From: Patescibacteria group bacterium
GTDB lineage: Bacteria; Patescibacteriota; Microgenomatia; UBA8517
Length of the DNA stretch: 64,000 bases
Reading direction: 5' to 3'
NCBI GenBank assembly: GCA_038206135.1
Contig: JBBRBD010000002.1
Coordinates: 2,896-66,895, forward strand
The position numbers and the translations under genes were made by a program. The notes beneath the pieces are model-generated. The model did no database searches. It was not told where the DNA came from and saw nothing but the letters and a program-made list of their open reading frames with translations. Positions within the stretch are counted from its first letter, which is position 1. Each line of letters opens with the position of its first letter. Below are positions 18,139-26,893 of the stretch, piece by piece.

Positions 18139-19605
18139 TTAATAGCAATTCTTTAGAAGATTTTTATGGTACACAACAGATACGGAATCTTCAAATATTA
18201 CAGTCCATCCGTTATCTTTCAACGTTCCGATGAATTTGTAAAAGTCTGCAGGGTTGTACCATCCTGATTTTGTATTTGGGGTGTGCCAAAGGATTGTGTC
18301 AACACAAAATTTCTCGAATATTTCATTATAAGGGATATTACCACTTATTATGTTTTCATACGTATCAAATGCATTATTCAATTCATTTACCTTTGGTTCT
18401 TGTATCCAAACATACATCCTACCATCTATAAATGATTTTTCTGTGGGTATTTTCCAATTCAAGTAACTTCCCCAACTTGCCATAGTAAACACATGTTTAT
18501 GATTTACTTCTTCTATATACGCTATTGAATTATCAGAAGGGAAGAAATCTGACATTATAATGGTGCGGAATCTCAACTGTAAAAGGCACTCAACTACGAA
18601 AACTACTACTGTTATGACGGTTAGTGTATTCAAAAAGAAGTTTAGTCGATGCTTATCTATTTTGTGATCATTCTTCTGTAAATATTTCTCCTGAGCATAA
18701 ATTATTGTTGGTACTGCGCTTATTACAAATATTGGTACAAACCTTACTGACAGTATCCCTTGAATCAAAAGATACACAGTAAAAATATCTCTGAATCTCA
18801 TTTTCTTCAGAAAGTATAATGAGAAAAAAAACAAAAGAATAATAATAACAAACCCAAAACTAGGTAGATTTTTTATTGGCTGCCATTCAATAATATATTT
18901 TCGAAGATCGTTACTTAAGATTGTTCGAGCTGCTTCTCTCCAAGTTCCCAATCCATATGGTGTAAAGAGCGTTGCGAGTGTCGAAATTTGAATTGAAAGG
19001 GTTTTTTGTAACTTGTCTTCAAACGAAAATCTTTTTCTCTCAAGAATATAAATATCTATTAGTAAATACCCCCACAAATAAATTATTCCTAAAGAGAACC
19101 CCCCGTGCAAGTTTGACCACAAAAACATAAAGAGTGGGAGCAGTAAAAACATATTTCTTTTTCTTGAGAAAAAAAAATCAGTAAATTTAAACAAACAGAT
19201 GGTTAAAAAGAATGAAAAGACATGTGCGCGAACACCAAACCCACTAAGATATGAAGATGCAATTATTGGTATAAGCCATATTAACTCGAAGGACAAAAGT
19301 GTTGCTCCGAGAGTTGCAACTCCTGCAATAAAAATTGAAACAAGGCCATATCCTCCTATCTTATAAATGAATTTAAAGATAATGCTAGATAGCAACGAGT
19401 GATCCACATATTGAAAGGAAGGCATTGTGTAGCTGTATTGATCAAATTTAGGAATACCACTGGTTAATATATCTGTGGAATATTTTAAATGCCATGGAAA
19501 ATCTACATCAAAGAAGGTTGTCGCTGCTAAAAACAAGCCAACAAAGCAAACAAAAACAACAGCTTTCCTCGCAGTCAAAAAGTTTTTTATCGTACCGATT
19601 ACCAT
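18139..19605 (-). CDS. GT-C-fold glycosyltransferase-like polytopic membrane protein (paralog of 15437..16912)
   Basis: 488 aa. FFDVDFPWHLKYSTDIL and YSYTMPSFQYVDHS motifs shared with its paralog. Same TM topology pattern. Confidence 0.5.
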   Translation of the reverse strand: MVIGTIKNFLTARKAVVFVCFVGLFLAATTFFDVDFPWHLKYSTDILTSGIPKFDQYSYTMPSFQYVDHSLLSSIIFKFIYKIGGYGLVSIFIAGVATLGATLLSFELIWLIPIIASSYLSGFGVRAHVFSFFLTICLFKFTDFFFSRKRNMFLLLPLFMFLWSNLHGGFSLGIIYLWGYLLIDIYILERKRFSFEDKLQKTLSIQISTLATLFTPYGLGTWREAARTILSNDLRKYIIEWQPIKNLPSFGFVIIILLFFFSLYFLKKMRFRDIFTVYLLIQGILSVRFVPIFVISAVPTIIYAQEKYLQKNDHKIDKHRLNFFLNTLTVITVVVFVVECLLQLRFRTIIMSDFFPSDNSIAYIEEVNHKHVFTMASWGSYLNWKIPTEKSFIDGRMYVWIQEPKVNELNNAFDTYENIISGNIPYNEIFEKFCVDTILWHTPNTKSGWYNPADFYKFIGTLKDNGWTVIFEDSVSVVYHKNLLKNCY

Positions 19606-20237
19606 AACTTGGGTATAAGCCGGAACTTTACGAGAGTAGCGTATCCTTTGTATTTTTTTGAGTTAAATAGCAGTTTTTCCTCGTCAATAATACGCTTATA
19701 AACACAAAACACCCAGAAAGCAAACAAGAGTATTCTCAAAGTTTGAATTGGTGTAAGAATTAAAAACATTGTATTCACCCATAGATATGATAAATACATA
19801 GGATGTCGTATGTATTTATAAGGACCTGCAGTCACAATACCCCTATTTGAAGCAAAAATATCAATGGACTTCCCAAGGCTGTATATTGAATACGCTGTAA
19901 TTAAAGAACCAACAATAACGAGAATATCTACACCTGCTGCGTATCTGAAGTGTCCGAAGCCAAAAAATAGAGGGAGATATGTTCCGAGAATAGCCCAGAG
20001 ATATGAGGTTTTTCTACCTTTAGTGCTATTTGACGGTCGTCGAATCAGAAAAAATAGAGAAAACAAGACATTTGTTACAAGTGCAACTATCGCGAGTGTT
20101 AAATCTCTGTAAAGTAAATATCCAGGAGGAGAAGATATTACTGCATTTCTTAATGAAACAAGAGAACTTAAAAACCCACAAAAATATAAAGCAGAAATAA
20201 GCCCTGAGACGACATAATCTTGAGTAGTATTTCTCAT
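19599..20237 (-). CDS. Isoprenylcysteine carboxyl methyltransferase (ICMT)/phospholipid methyltransferase-family membrane methyltransferase
   Basis: 212 aa. IVTAGPYKYIRHPMYLSYLW matches the RHP.Y signature of the ICMT/PEMT family. Overlaps the GT-C gene by 7 nt, so the two are in an operon. Confidence 0.6.
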   Translation of the reverse strand: MRNTTQDYVVSGLISALYFCGFLSSLVSLRNAVISSPPGYLLYRDLTLAIVALVTNVLFSLFFLIRRPSNSTKGRKTSYLWAILGTYLPLFFGFGHFRYAAGVDILVIVGSLITAYSIYSLGKSIDIFASNRGIVTAGPYKYIRHPMYLSYLWVNTMFLILTPIQTLRILLFAFWVFCVYKRIIDEEKLLFNSKKYKGYATLVKFRLIPKLW

Positions 20238-20303
20238 TTAAGTATCTTATCAAAAAACAAACACTCCATCGAGGAGTGTTTGTAAAAAAACTAATGATAT
20301 TTT

Positions 20304-20645
20304 TTATGTGCCGGTTACGCTTGCAATTGAGAAATTCAAGATCGATACACCAAACACTGTTTGTACTAACTGTGCAATAGCCCATGCTGAGAATATAATT
20401 ACAAGACCAATAAGAGCTGCTGTAATTTGTCCTCGAGCGGCTTCTGTTTGAGCTTTATCTCCACCGGAGAGTACCCAACGGAGACCTCCGACGATAAGCA
20501 TAAAGAAGAAAATAAGTCCTGCAACGGCAACTATTAGTGTAATTGCCCAACTAACTAGATCACCCAATTGAAAACCAGTCGGATTTCCAACTCCACTAGG
20601 ACTTAAGTTGAATGATTGTGCGAACACTGTAGATAATAAATTCAT
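20304..20645 (-). CDS. TrbC/VirB2-family pilin-like protein (paralog 1)
   Basis: 113 aa. Leader, helix, SGGDKAQTEAARGQITAALIG, helix. Same two-helix pilin topology as the other paralogs. Confidence 0.6.
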   Translation of the reverse strand: MNLLSTVFAQSFNLSPSGVGNPTGFQLGDLVSWAITLIVAVAGLIFFFMLIVGGLRWVLSGGDKAQTEAARGQITAALIGLVIIFSAWAIAQLVQTVFGVSILNFSIASVTGT

Positions 20646-20788
20646 GTCATTTCGTCACCTCCTTAAAAGATTTTGTAAAAATCGTATATAATAACACGAT
20701 TCTTTTTTTAATGTCAAACTATACACACATGCTGATAGTTCATATATATTTATCGCGTATTTGGCAGGTAAAAGTCAAGAGGATAGTA

Positions 20789-21130
20789 TTAAGTGGCAGG
20801 TTGCATAAGCGGCGCTAGATTTATATTCAAAAGACTGATTCCAAAGACTGCCTCAACTAGTTTTGCAATTGCCCAAACACTAACCATAACTACCAGCCCT
20901 GTAATTGCTTGTGTTATTTGTGCTCGTGCATTTTCTATTTGAGCTTTATCTCCACCAGATGTAATCCATCTGATACCACCAATTAAAAGCATAAAAAAGA
21001 AGGCAAGGCCTCCAATCATAAACAAGAGCGTAATCATTTTTGGAATGAAGTCTCCAAAAAATGTGGCACCGTCTCCAGTCAGTTTAGGTGTTGCGAGGTT
21101 TGTAATCTGTGCGAAAACTGTTGAGTACAT
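20789..21130 (-). CDS. TrbC/VirB2-family pilin-like protein (paralog 2)
   Basis: 113 aa. TSGGDKAQIENARAQITQAITG loop between two hydrophobic helices. Confidence 0.6.
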   Translation of the reverse strand: MYSTVFAQITNLATPKLTGDGATFFGDFIPKMITLLFMIGGLAFFFMLLIGGIRWITSGGDKAQIENARAQITQAITGLVVMVSVWAIAKLVEAVFGISLLNINLAPLMQPAT

Positions 21131-21135
21131 GATAT

Positions 21136-21504
21136 TTATGGTGTCAGAGTTTTTATTGCTGCAGCAAGATTCAAAATATCAAAACCAAGTATCTGGCCGA
21201 CCAAACTCACGATAAAGACGCTAATCACAACAATTACAAGTCCAATTAGTCCGTTAGAGATGCGTTTTTTAGCCGTTTCTACAGCTCCTTTATCTCCACC
21301 CGCAGTAATCCATCCAATTGCGCCTATGAAAAGCGTAAAAATAAACCAGATTCCAGCAACAACAGTCATTACAGCAATGATTGTTGAGATAAGCTTTTCA
21401 AAATTTGCTGCGGGATCTCCACCAGTTGCAAAAATTCCAGTTCCAGGTCCGGAGAAGCCACCCGTAGTTGGTGCAAAATCTAATGTGCCTGCAAGTCTAT
21501 TCAT
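21136..21504 (-). CDS. TrbC/VirB2-family pilin-like protein (paralog 3)
   Basis: 122 aa. TAGGDKGAVETAKKRISNGLIG loop. 5-nt gap to neighbours. Confidence 0.6.
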   Translation of the reverse strand: MNRLAGTLDFAPTTGGFSGPGTGIFATGGDPAANFEKLISTIIAVMTVVAGIWFIFTLFIGAIGWITAGGDKGAVETAKKRISNGLIGLVIVVISVFIVSLVGQILGFDILNLAAAIKTLTP

Positions 21505-21505
21505 A

Positions 21506-21838
21506 TTAAAATGTTAAAGTAGGGTGTAAAAGCGCATCTGCTTTTCCATAAACAAGTAACCCAATTACACCGGCGATCAGGAATGCTCCAACTAAAAATA
21601 CAAGGCCTATGATTGTTTGATATATTTTTGCCCACGCCGATTCCATCCCTTTAGGATTATCACCAGCTGCTAAGAATGCGTAACCTGCCAAGATAAAATT
21701 AAGAAGTGCCCAGATCCCTCCAGCAACAATAAGAACATTAAAAATAAGTTGCAATATGTTTCCAAGCGCAGTTGCTGGGTTACTTCCCCAAACTGCAGTA
21801 GCAGGGGGTTGGTGAATTGTTCCAAAAGGATCAGTCAT
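21506..21838 (-). CDS. TrbC/VirB2-family pilin-like protein (paralog 4)
   Basis: 110 aa. AAGDNPKGMESAWAKIYQTIIG loop between hydrophobic helices. Confidence 0.55.
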   Translation of the reverse strand: MTDPFGTIHQPPATAVWGSNPATALGNILQLIFNVLIVAGGIWALLNFILAGYAFLAAGDNPKGMESAWAKIYQTIIGLVFLVGAFLIAGVIGLLVYGKADALLHPTLTF

Positions 21839-21880
21839 ATAAGTTAAATAATAATAGCAAATAAAAGCTTCAATTGAAAA

Positions 21881-22237
21881 CTACGGACAAGGATTGGTAG
21901 GTGTTCCACAAGAACTTACATTTGGTCCTGTAATAAAATTGACACCAGTAATAGACTCCACAATTCTTATTATAAAAAATGAAGCTAGAACAACAATGAA
22001 CCCAATAACCGCCCAAGTTATCGCTTGGTGACCTTGTGCTGAAGCTTTTGGGTCATTGTTCCCAGCACCCATTATTACTTGTAAACCTCCACCTACAAGA
22101 AGGAATACTACAATGACACCAGCAACAACTAATGATCCGCTCAAAATAATCGAAACTAGATCGCCGATGCTTTTTGTCTGTCCAAACGGTGTATTTAGTT
22201 CTTTTCCAATATCTACGGCTGCAAAAATATTAGTCAT
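21881..22237 (-). CDS. TrbC/VirB2-family pilin-like protein (paralog 5)
   Basis: 118 aa. MGAGNNDPKASAQGHQAITWAVIG loop. C-terminus contains Cys (…SSCGTPTNPCP). Confidence 0.55.
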   Translation of the reverse strand: MTNIFAAVDIGKELNTPFGQTKSIGDLVSIILSGSLVVAGVIVVFLLVGGGLQVIMGAGNNDPKASAQGHQAITWAVIGFIVVLASFFIIRIVESITGVNFITGPNVSSCGTPTNPCP

Positions 22238-22243
22238 AAATGT

Positions 22244-22624
22244 TTATACAAATGTGCTTGTGATCCCCGGCAAGTTAAATATAGCGCCAATAATTTGAAT
22301 TATGATATAAGCCGTGAGCATGAGCAACAAACCAAGAAAGCCATTCTTAATTCTTTCTTGTCCTGCCTTAACTTTAGCAGGATCACCAGCCGCCGTCATA
22401 AGACTGATCCCTGCAAGCACCAAGTTGATAATGAGTGCAATACCTCCTAAATAAAACAAAAGCCCGACTATTCCATATGGGTAATTGTTGATCAAATTTG
22501 AGAGGTTTGCGTTTCTTAGCAAATAACTGTTGCCTGGTGTCTGATTAATTGACTTTTCAAGATCATCCAAACAACCTGCATTAAAAGTACCAGCAGGGCA
22601 TGCTGCTAAAATTATTGAATACAT
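22244..22624 (-). CDS. TrbC/VirB2-family pilin-like protein (paralog 6)
   Basis: 126 aa. TAAGDPAKVKAGQERIKNGFLG loop. N-terminal region has two Cys residues. Confidence 0.55.
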   Translation of the reverse strand: MYSIILAACPAGTFNAGCLDDLEKSINQTPGNSYLLRNANLSNLINNYPYGIVGLLFYLGGIALIINLVLAGISLMTAAGDPAKVKAGQERIKNGFLGLLLMLTAYIIIQIIGAIFNLPGITSTFV

Positions 22625-22639
22625 AAATTATTGTAACAT

Positions 22640-24157
22640 CTAAAAAAGCCCGAGTACATTAACTCCAATTATTCGTAAAATAAAGACAGCAAATGCAAGC
22701 ATTACAAGGCCAGAGAATGCAGAGATTAAAAGTTCTTTTCCCATTTGGAGTTTCGAGACATCTCCACTGCTTGTAATAATTTGGAATGCTGCGGCAATAA
22801 GAACAAGAATTACGAGTCCACCACCAATGCCCAAACCCCATGTTATGAAAAAAGCTTCAAAATTGGTAATAGTCTCAATTGGCACACAACCGATTGCGGT
22901 ATCCACACCTATGATTCCTGCCTTGTTACAATATCCAGCGAAAGCGGCGATGGCAGAGGGTGGTGCAACTTGATTGCATGCCGTTAGGGTAGGACAGCAA
23001 TAGTCAATACTTGTTCCCGTATTAGGAACTGATCGAGAGCAATATACACCACTTGCTTTTGCACAATCAGCGCGACTAATTCCTCCGGGGATACAGGTAT
23101 TCAGAGGCACGCTGCAAATTGAGCCTCTACAACTCCCAGACATACATTCTGAATCAGTTGTACAAGTCCCGGCGAGGGGAATTCTGTTTTCTTTACATTT
23201 ACAAACACCACTACTTGCTTCTATATCAATATCACCCTGTAAACAACTAAATGAGTTGTTTTGTGAGCTATAACAACAATAGCCTCCAATTGAGCCACAA
23301 CCATTGTTATTGGGGATTACACAACTGCCTATCATTGATTGATTAAAGTTTGAACCTGAAGCGTCTACTGGATTAATCCAACAACCATTACATTGACTTT
23401 TGGTGGTACTTCCTTGGCAAGTGATACTCACCACTCCTGCACATTGTCCTCCTCGATTTCCACAATTAAAGTTTCCTGTTTGAACTTGCTTTGTACAAAC
23501 TCCAGGAGCTACAGCTCCGCTTGCGGGAGATGTTGTACACCAATAATTGTCACCACCTACGCATGTAAACCCATTCAGGGCATCACATTGGTCGTTTGTA
23601 ACACATGAAGTTCCATCTCCTCCTTGGCCAGGTATTGCCCCCGGGAGACACTTGCTTCCGATACAAGTAAGACCTTGTTTGCAAGGGTTTGTCCCGGAAC
23701 ATGCCTCGCAAGTATCTGGAAGAGCCGGAGGTTGTGATGAAACAGTTACAGATCCGCTGCAAAGATCTGTTTGTGAGCCCAACAATCCTGCTTGTCTAAA
23801 AACAAGCGTGTTAGCACCATCTACAAAAAGGGGATTACCATCGTTATCGTTCAAAACGGTAAAAGTCCCTCCTGTGTCTGAAATTTGATTCCCAACATCA
23901 ATCCATTTTCCCGTTGAAGGAGAATATATATTGAATGTCGAGTTGGATTTTGATATCCCGCCAAATCCACCCGAGATTTGCATTTCAATATTGTTTCCTG
24001 GTTGAACAGTTGCTGTTAAAACAATCAAATCACAGCTTGCAGCACTGACAGTATTAGGCTTAATACCTGATAAGCATAAGAATAGTGCGCTTATGAGGAA
24101 CAGCAATAAGAATCTCTTCGAATTTTGTAATAACAATTTTCCTTGGTGGAAATTCAT
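22640..24157 (-). CDS. Secreted Cys-rich protein (about 400-aa extracellular domain with more than 40 Cys in CxxC/EGF-like spacing) fused to a C-terminal TrbC/VirB2 pilin domain
   Basis: 505 aa. Signal peptide (KRFLLLFLISALFLCLSGIKPNTVSA). Long Cys/Gly/Thr-rich region. C-terminus FFITWGLGIGGGLVILVLIAAAFQIITSSGDVSKLQMGKELLISAFSGLVMLAFAVFILRIIG is the pilin two-helix module. Confidence 0.6.
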   Translation of the reverse strand: MNFHQGKLLLQNSKRFLLLFLISALFLCLSGIKPNTVSAASCDLIVLTATVQPGNNIEMQISGGFGGISKSNSTFNIYSPSTGKWIDVGNQISDTGGTFTVLNDNDGNPLFVDGANTLVFRQAGLLGSQTDLCSGSVTVSSQPPALPDTCEACSGTNPCKQGLTCIGSKCLPGAIPGQGGDGTSCVTNDQCDALNGFTCVGGDNYWCTTSPASGAVAPGVCTKQVQTGNFNCGNRGGQCAGVVSITCQGSTTKSQCNGCWINPVDASGSNFNQSMIGSCVIPNNNGCGSIGGYCCYSSQNNSFSCLQGDIDIEASSGVCKCKENRIPLAGTCTTDSECMSGSCRGSICSVPLNTCIPGGISRADCAKASGVYCSRSVPNTGTSIDYCCPTLTACNQVAPPSAIAAFAGYCNKAGIIGVDTAIGCVPIETITNFEAFFITWGLGIGGGLVILVLIAAAFQIITSSGDVSKLQMGKELLISAFSGLVMLAFAVFILRIIGVNVLGLF

Positions 24158-24163
24158 ATGTGT

Positions 24164-25087
24164 TTAAAATAACCCAAGAATAGTTATCCCTAGTATTCTA
24201 AAAATGAAGACTGAAAGTGCTAGTAGAATAATTCCAGAAACGGCAGACATCAAAAGCTCTTTTCCTACTTGTAATCTTTTTGGATCTCCTTGTGATGTCA
24301 TTACCATAAACGAAGCATACACTAAGAATAGTGTACCAATTCCTCCCGCGATACCTAAGCCCCATTTAAGGAAAAAAGCGGCAAATGTGTTAGTATCGCC
24401 AATCGGTATGCATCCAATTGCAGTATCAATATTGTTGGTACTGCAATTTCCTTGAATATTAACACTCGTAACTGGCTGGGTTCCAGTCCCCGGATTTCCA
24501 ATTTGTCCGTTTGGGAGACAGCAGGACGAAACATTGCTGGGACAGCTACCGGTTATTGATGTTTCTGTTCCACTACAAGCTGTTTTGCATGTTGCTTTTG
24601 GATTCACTGAAGTACACGCACCTGGATTAACAGCAGTTGTACAAGCAGAGGCACAGGTTGCTGAGTCTGTGTATGGAGCAGGTGGGCCACTTGTGCAATC
24701 AGGGATTGATGTCTGTGGATCATAATCACATTGAGAGCAAGATTTAGCGCCAGTAGCCGAGGTATCACACTTATAACCTCCATTGGGAACTGTTTGTGTA
24801 GTACAAGGGATAAATAAAGGCTGATTAATACAAGAACTCACTGGTTGGCTCCGACAAAATGAAAAAAGATCTGAGCTCGGAGGGGTAGCTCCCGTAGCAC
24901 AACTATTGGCAGCTGGATTGCCTCCTGGAGCTGGACCCGTTTCACAAAATTGTGTTGCATCTTGATATACACAAACAACACAACCTTTACTGGGGTCAGG
25001 ACAAGACGATGCTTGAGCTAATACTTCTTTTTTTGAAACATTGAACAACAAAAAGACTAGGACTATGAATGATATTGCTTTTTTCAT
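24164..25087 (-). CDS. Secreted Cys-rich protein fused to a C-terminal TrbC/VirB2 pilin domain (smaller paralog of 22640..24157)
   Basis: 307 aa. Signal peptide. Cys-rich extracellular domain. C-terminus FFLKWGLGIAGGIGTLFLVYASFMVMTSQGDPKRLQVGKELLMSAVSGIILLALSVFIFRILG. Confidence 0.6.
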   Translation of the reverse strand: MKKAISFIVLVFLLFNVSKKEVLAQASSCPDPSKGCVVCVYQDATQFCETGPAPGGNPAANSCATGATPPSSDLFSFCRSQPVSSCINQPLFIPCTTQTVPNGGYKCDTSATGAKSCSQCDYDPQTSIPDCTSGPPAPYTDSATCASACTTAVNPGACTSVNPKATCKTACSGTETSITGSCPSNVSSCCLPNGQIGNPGTGTQPVTSVNIQGNCSTNNIDTAIGCIPIGDTNTFAAFFLKWGLGIAGGIGTLFLVYASFMVMTSQGDPKRLQVGKELLMSAVSGIILLALSVFIFRILGITILGLF

Positions 25088-25167
25088 ATAACTTGTTTTA
25101 AGTGTATCAAATTTTTAGCAACTGAAAATCCCAAATTACATAGAATCCAGACTGGTATAATCAATCA

Positions 25168-26865
25168 ATGAAAAGAATTAGACTCCTTTTTTTGCTCGCT
25201 GTTTTTACTTCCACTTTGTTTCTTTTTCCAAAAGCTTTTTCTTTCGCTGATATCAATTGTGATAGCGGCAGTTTAAGTGGATCTGATATTGATGTGTGCT
25301 TGGCTAAACTTCAACACGATGCTGATGCCTTGGCACCTGCAAACGAGAATAATAAAAAAGAACTTGCTGCATTGCAGGCTCAAGTTATTAAGCTAAAAGC
25401 AAGTATTGCAAGCTTAACCAAACAAGTTAGCTCACTGAGTACTAAAATTACGACAAGAACAAGTGATCTTTCGTATGCTCAAAAGGTTTTTAATGAAAAG
25501 GCTAACAACCAATACAAGGTCCTGAGGCTATATGATCCGCTTTCAGCTTTTCTTGAAAACCAAAGTGCAAAAGATGTTTTTCTCCAGCTTGAGATGAGGC
25601 AGCGAGCAGTTGACGGTGATCGCATAACGATGGAGACCTATTCAAAAGATTTGGCAGCACTTGCTTCTGACAAAGCTACTCTTGAAAAAAACAAAACAAG
25701 TTTAGCTAATTTGCAAGTCTCAGTGGACAAACGCGCAACTTTTTTGAGTGGAGAAGTTGCAAAAGTTGAAGACTATTTAGCTAAACTTTCTAGTAGGCAA
25801 GAAGAGCTCTTAGCGTTAAAAGCTGGAGGATTTGAAACATCAGTCGGAGATACACCTCCAACTCTAGACCCTTGTAGTGGTGCCCCTGGAACAAGTAGTT
25901 TTTGTGATCCAGGCTTTAGACCAGCATTTGCAGGGTTTAGCTTTGGAGCACCTCACAGAACAGGTATGAGCCAATATGGGGCACTGGGAAGAAGTAAGCA
26001 AGGCCAAAATGCAGAAACAATTCTTGCAGCATACTATCAAGGTTCATCGTTAAATAAAGGGTATCCAGATACCACTATTGGAGTGAGTGGTTTTGGGAGA
26101 AAACCAATTGAAGAATATCTTTTGGGCCTCTATGAAGTTCCCGAAAGTTGGGGCGATCAAGGTGGTTTTGAGGCATTAAAAGCTCAAGCAGTTGCAGCAC
26201 GTAGTTATGCACTCTCTGTAACTAACAATGGTGCAGGAACTATTTGTACTACAGAGGCGTGCCAAGTATATAAACCTCAGCTTAAAACAGGAAAATGGGC
26301 AGAAGCAGTGAGAGCTACTAAAGGCTGGGTGCTTATAAAAGATGGGGGACCAGCGAAAGCATATTTTGCGGCATCAAGTGGTGGATATACAATCAGCCAA
26401 TGGGGATGGAGCGGCATTAAAGATGCTGCTGGTGATTGGCCAGCAACTGCATATGAGAAGGTTGGTGGTTCGCCTTGGTTTTACAAAGGTTGGTTTAGGT
26501 CGAGAAGCGGGGCAACTTGTGGGCTTTCGAACCCTTGGCTTACGAGTACTCAAATGGCTGATATTCTAAATGCATGGCAGGTACTTTTTAACGGAGGTGG
26601 CGATCAGGGCAGAATTAGTCCACACGACAAGTGTTTTGGTGGAAACCCATATTCTATATCTGATTTAGCTTCAATTGGGGGATATTCAAGTGTAAGTAAT
26701 GTAAATGTAGTTTATGGAAACGATGGATCTACAAAGCAGCTTACTTTTCAAACAAATAAAGGCTCTGTTACGATAAACGGTTCTGATCTTCAAAAAGCCT
26801 TTAATCTAAGAGCGCCTGGAAATATTGGTATTAAAAGTTCGCTCTACAATATAGAGAAACTCTAA
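25168..26865 (+). CDS. SpoIID/LytB-domain peptidoglycan hydrolase with an N-terminal signal peptide and coiled-coil region. Candidate cell-wall remodelling (VirB1-analogous) enzyme of the T4SS locus.
   Basis: 565 aa. Coiled-coil-like N-terminal third (KKELAALQAQVIKLKASIASLTKQVSSL…). C-terminal block HRTGMSQYGALGRSKQGQNAETILAAYYQG…ALKAQAVAARSYAL…AYFAASSGGYT is typical of the SpoIID/LytB family. Confidence 0.7.
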   Translation: MKRIRLLFLLAVFTSTLFLFPKAFSFADINCDSGSLSGSDIDVCLAKLQHDADALAPANENNKKELAALQAQVIKLKASIASLTKQVSSLSTKITTRTSDLSYAQKVFNEKANNQYKVLRLYDPLSAFLENQSAKDVFLQLEMRQRAVDGDRITMETYSKDLAALASDKATLEKNKTSLANLQVSVDKRATFLSGEVAKVEDYLAKLSSRQEELLALKAGGFETSVGDTPPTLDPCSGAPGTSSFCDPGFRPAFAGFSFGAPHRTGMSQYGALGRSKQGQNAETILAAYYQGSSLNKGYPDTTIGVSGFGRKPIEEYLLGLYEVPESWGDQGGFEALKAQAVAARSYALSVTNNGAGTICTTEACQVYKPQLKTGKWAEAVRATKGWVLIKDGGPAKAYFAASSGGYTISQWGWSGIKDAAGDWPATAYEKVGGSPWFYKGWFRSRSGATCGLSNPWLTSTQMADILNAWQVLFNGGGDQGRISPHDKCFGGNPYSISDLASIGGYSSVSNVNVVYGNDGSTKQLTFQTNKGSVTINGSDLQKAFNLRAPGNIGIKSSLYNIEKL

Positions 26866-26893
26866 ATAACTAGATTTTGATATACTGAAGAGC

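Noticed and set aside
20304-22624. Possibility that the regularly spaced ~340-bp units are a CRISPR-like or non-coding tandem repeat
   Set aside because: Units are protein-coding pilin paralogs with divergent nucleotide sequences. There are no short direct repeats with unique spacers, and no cas genes.
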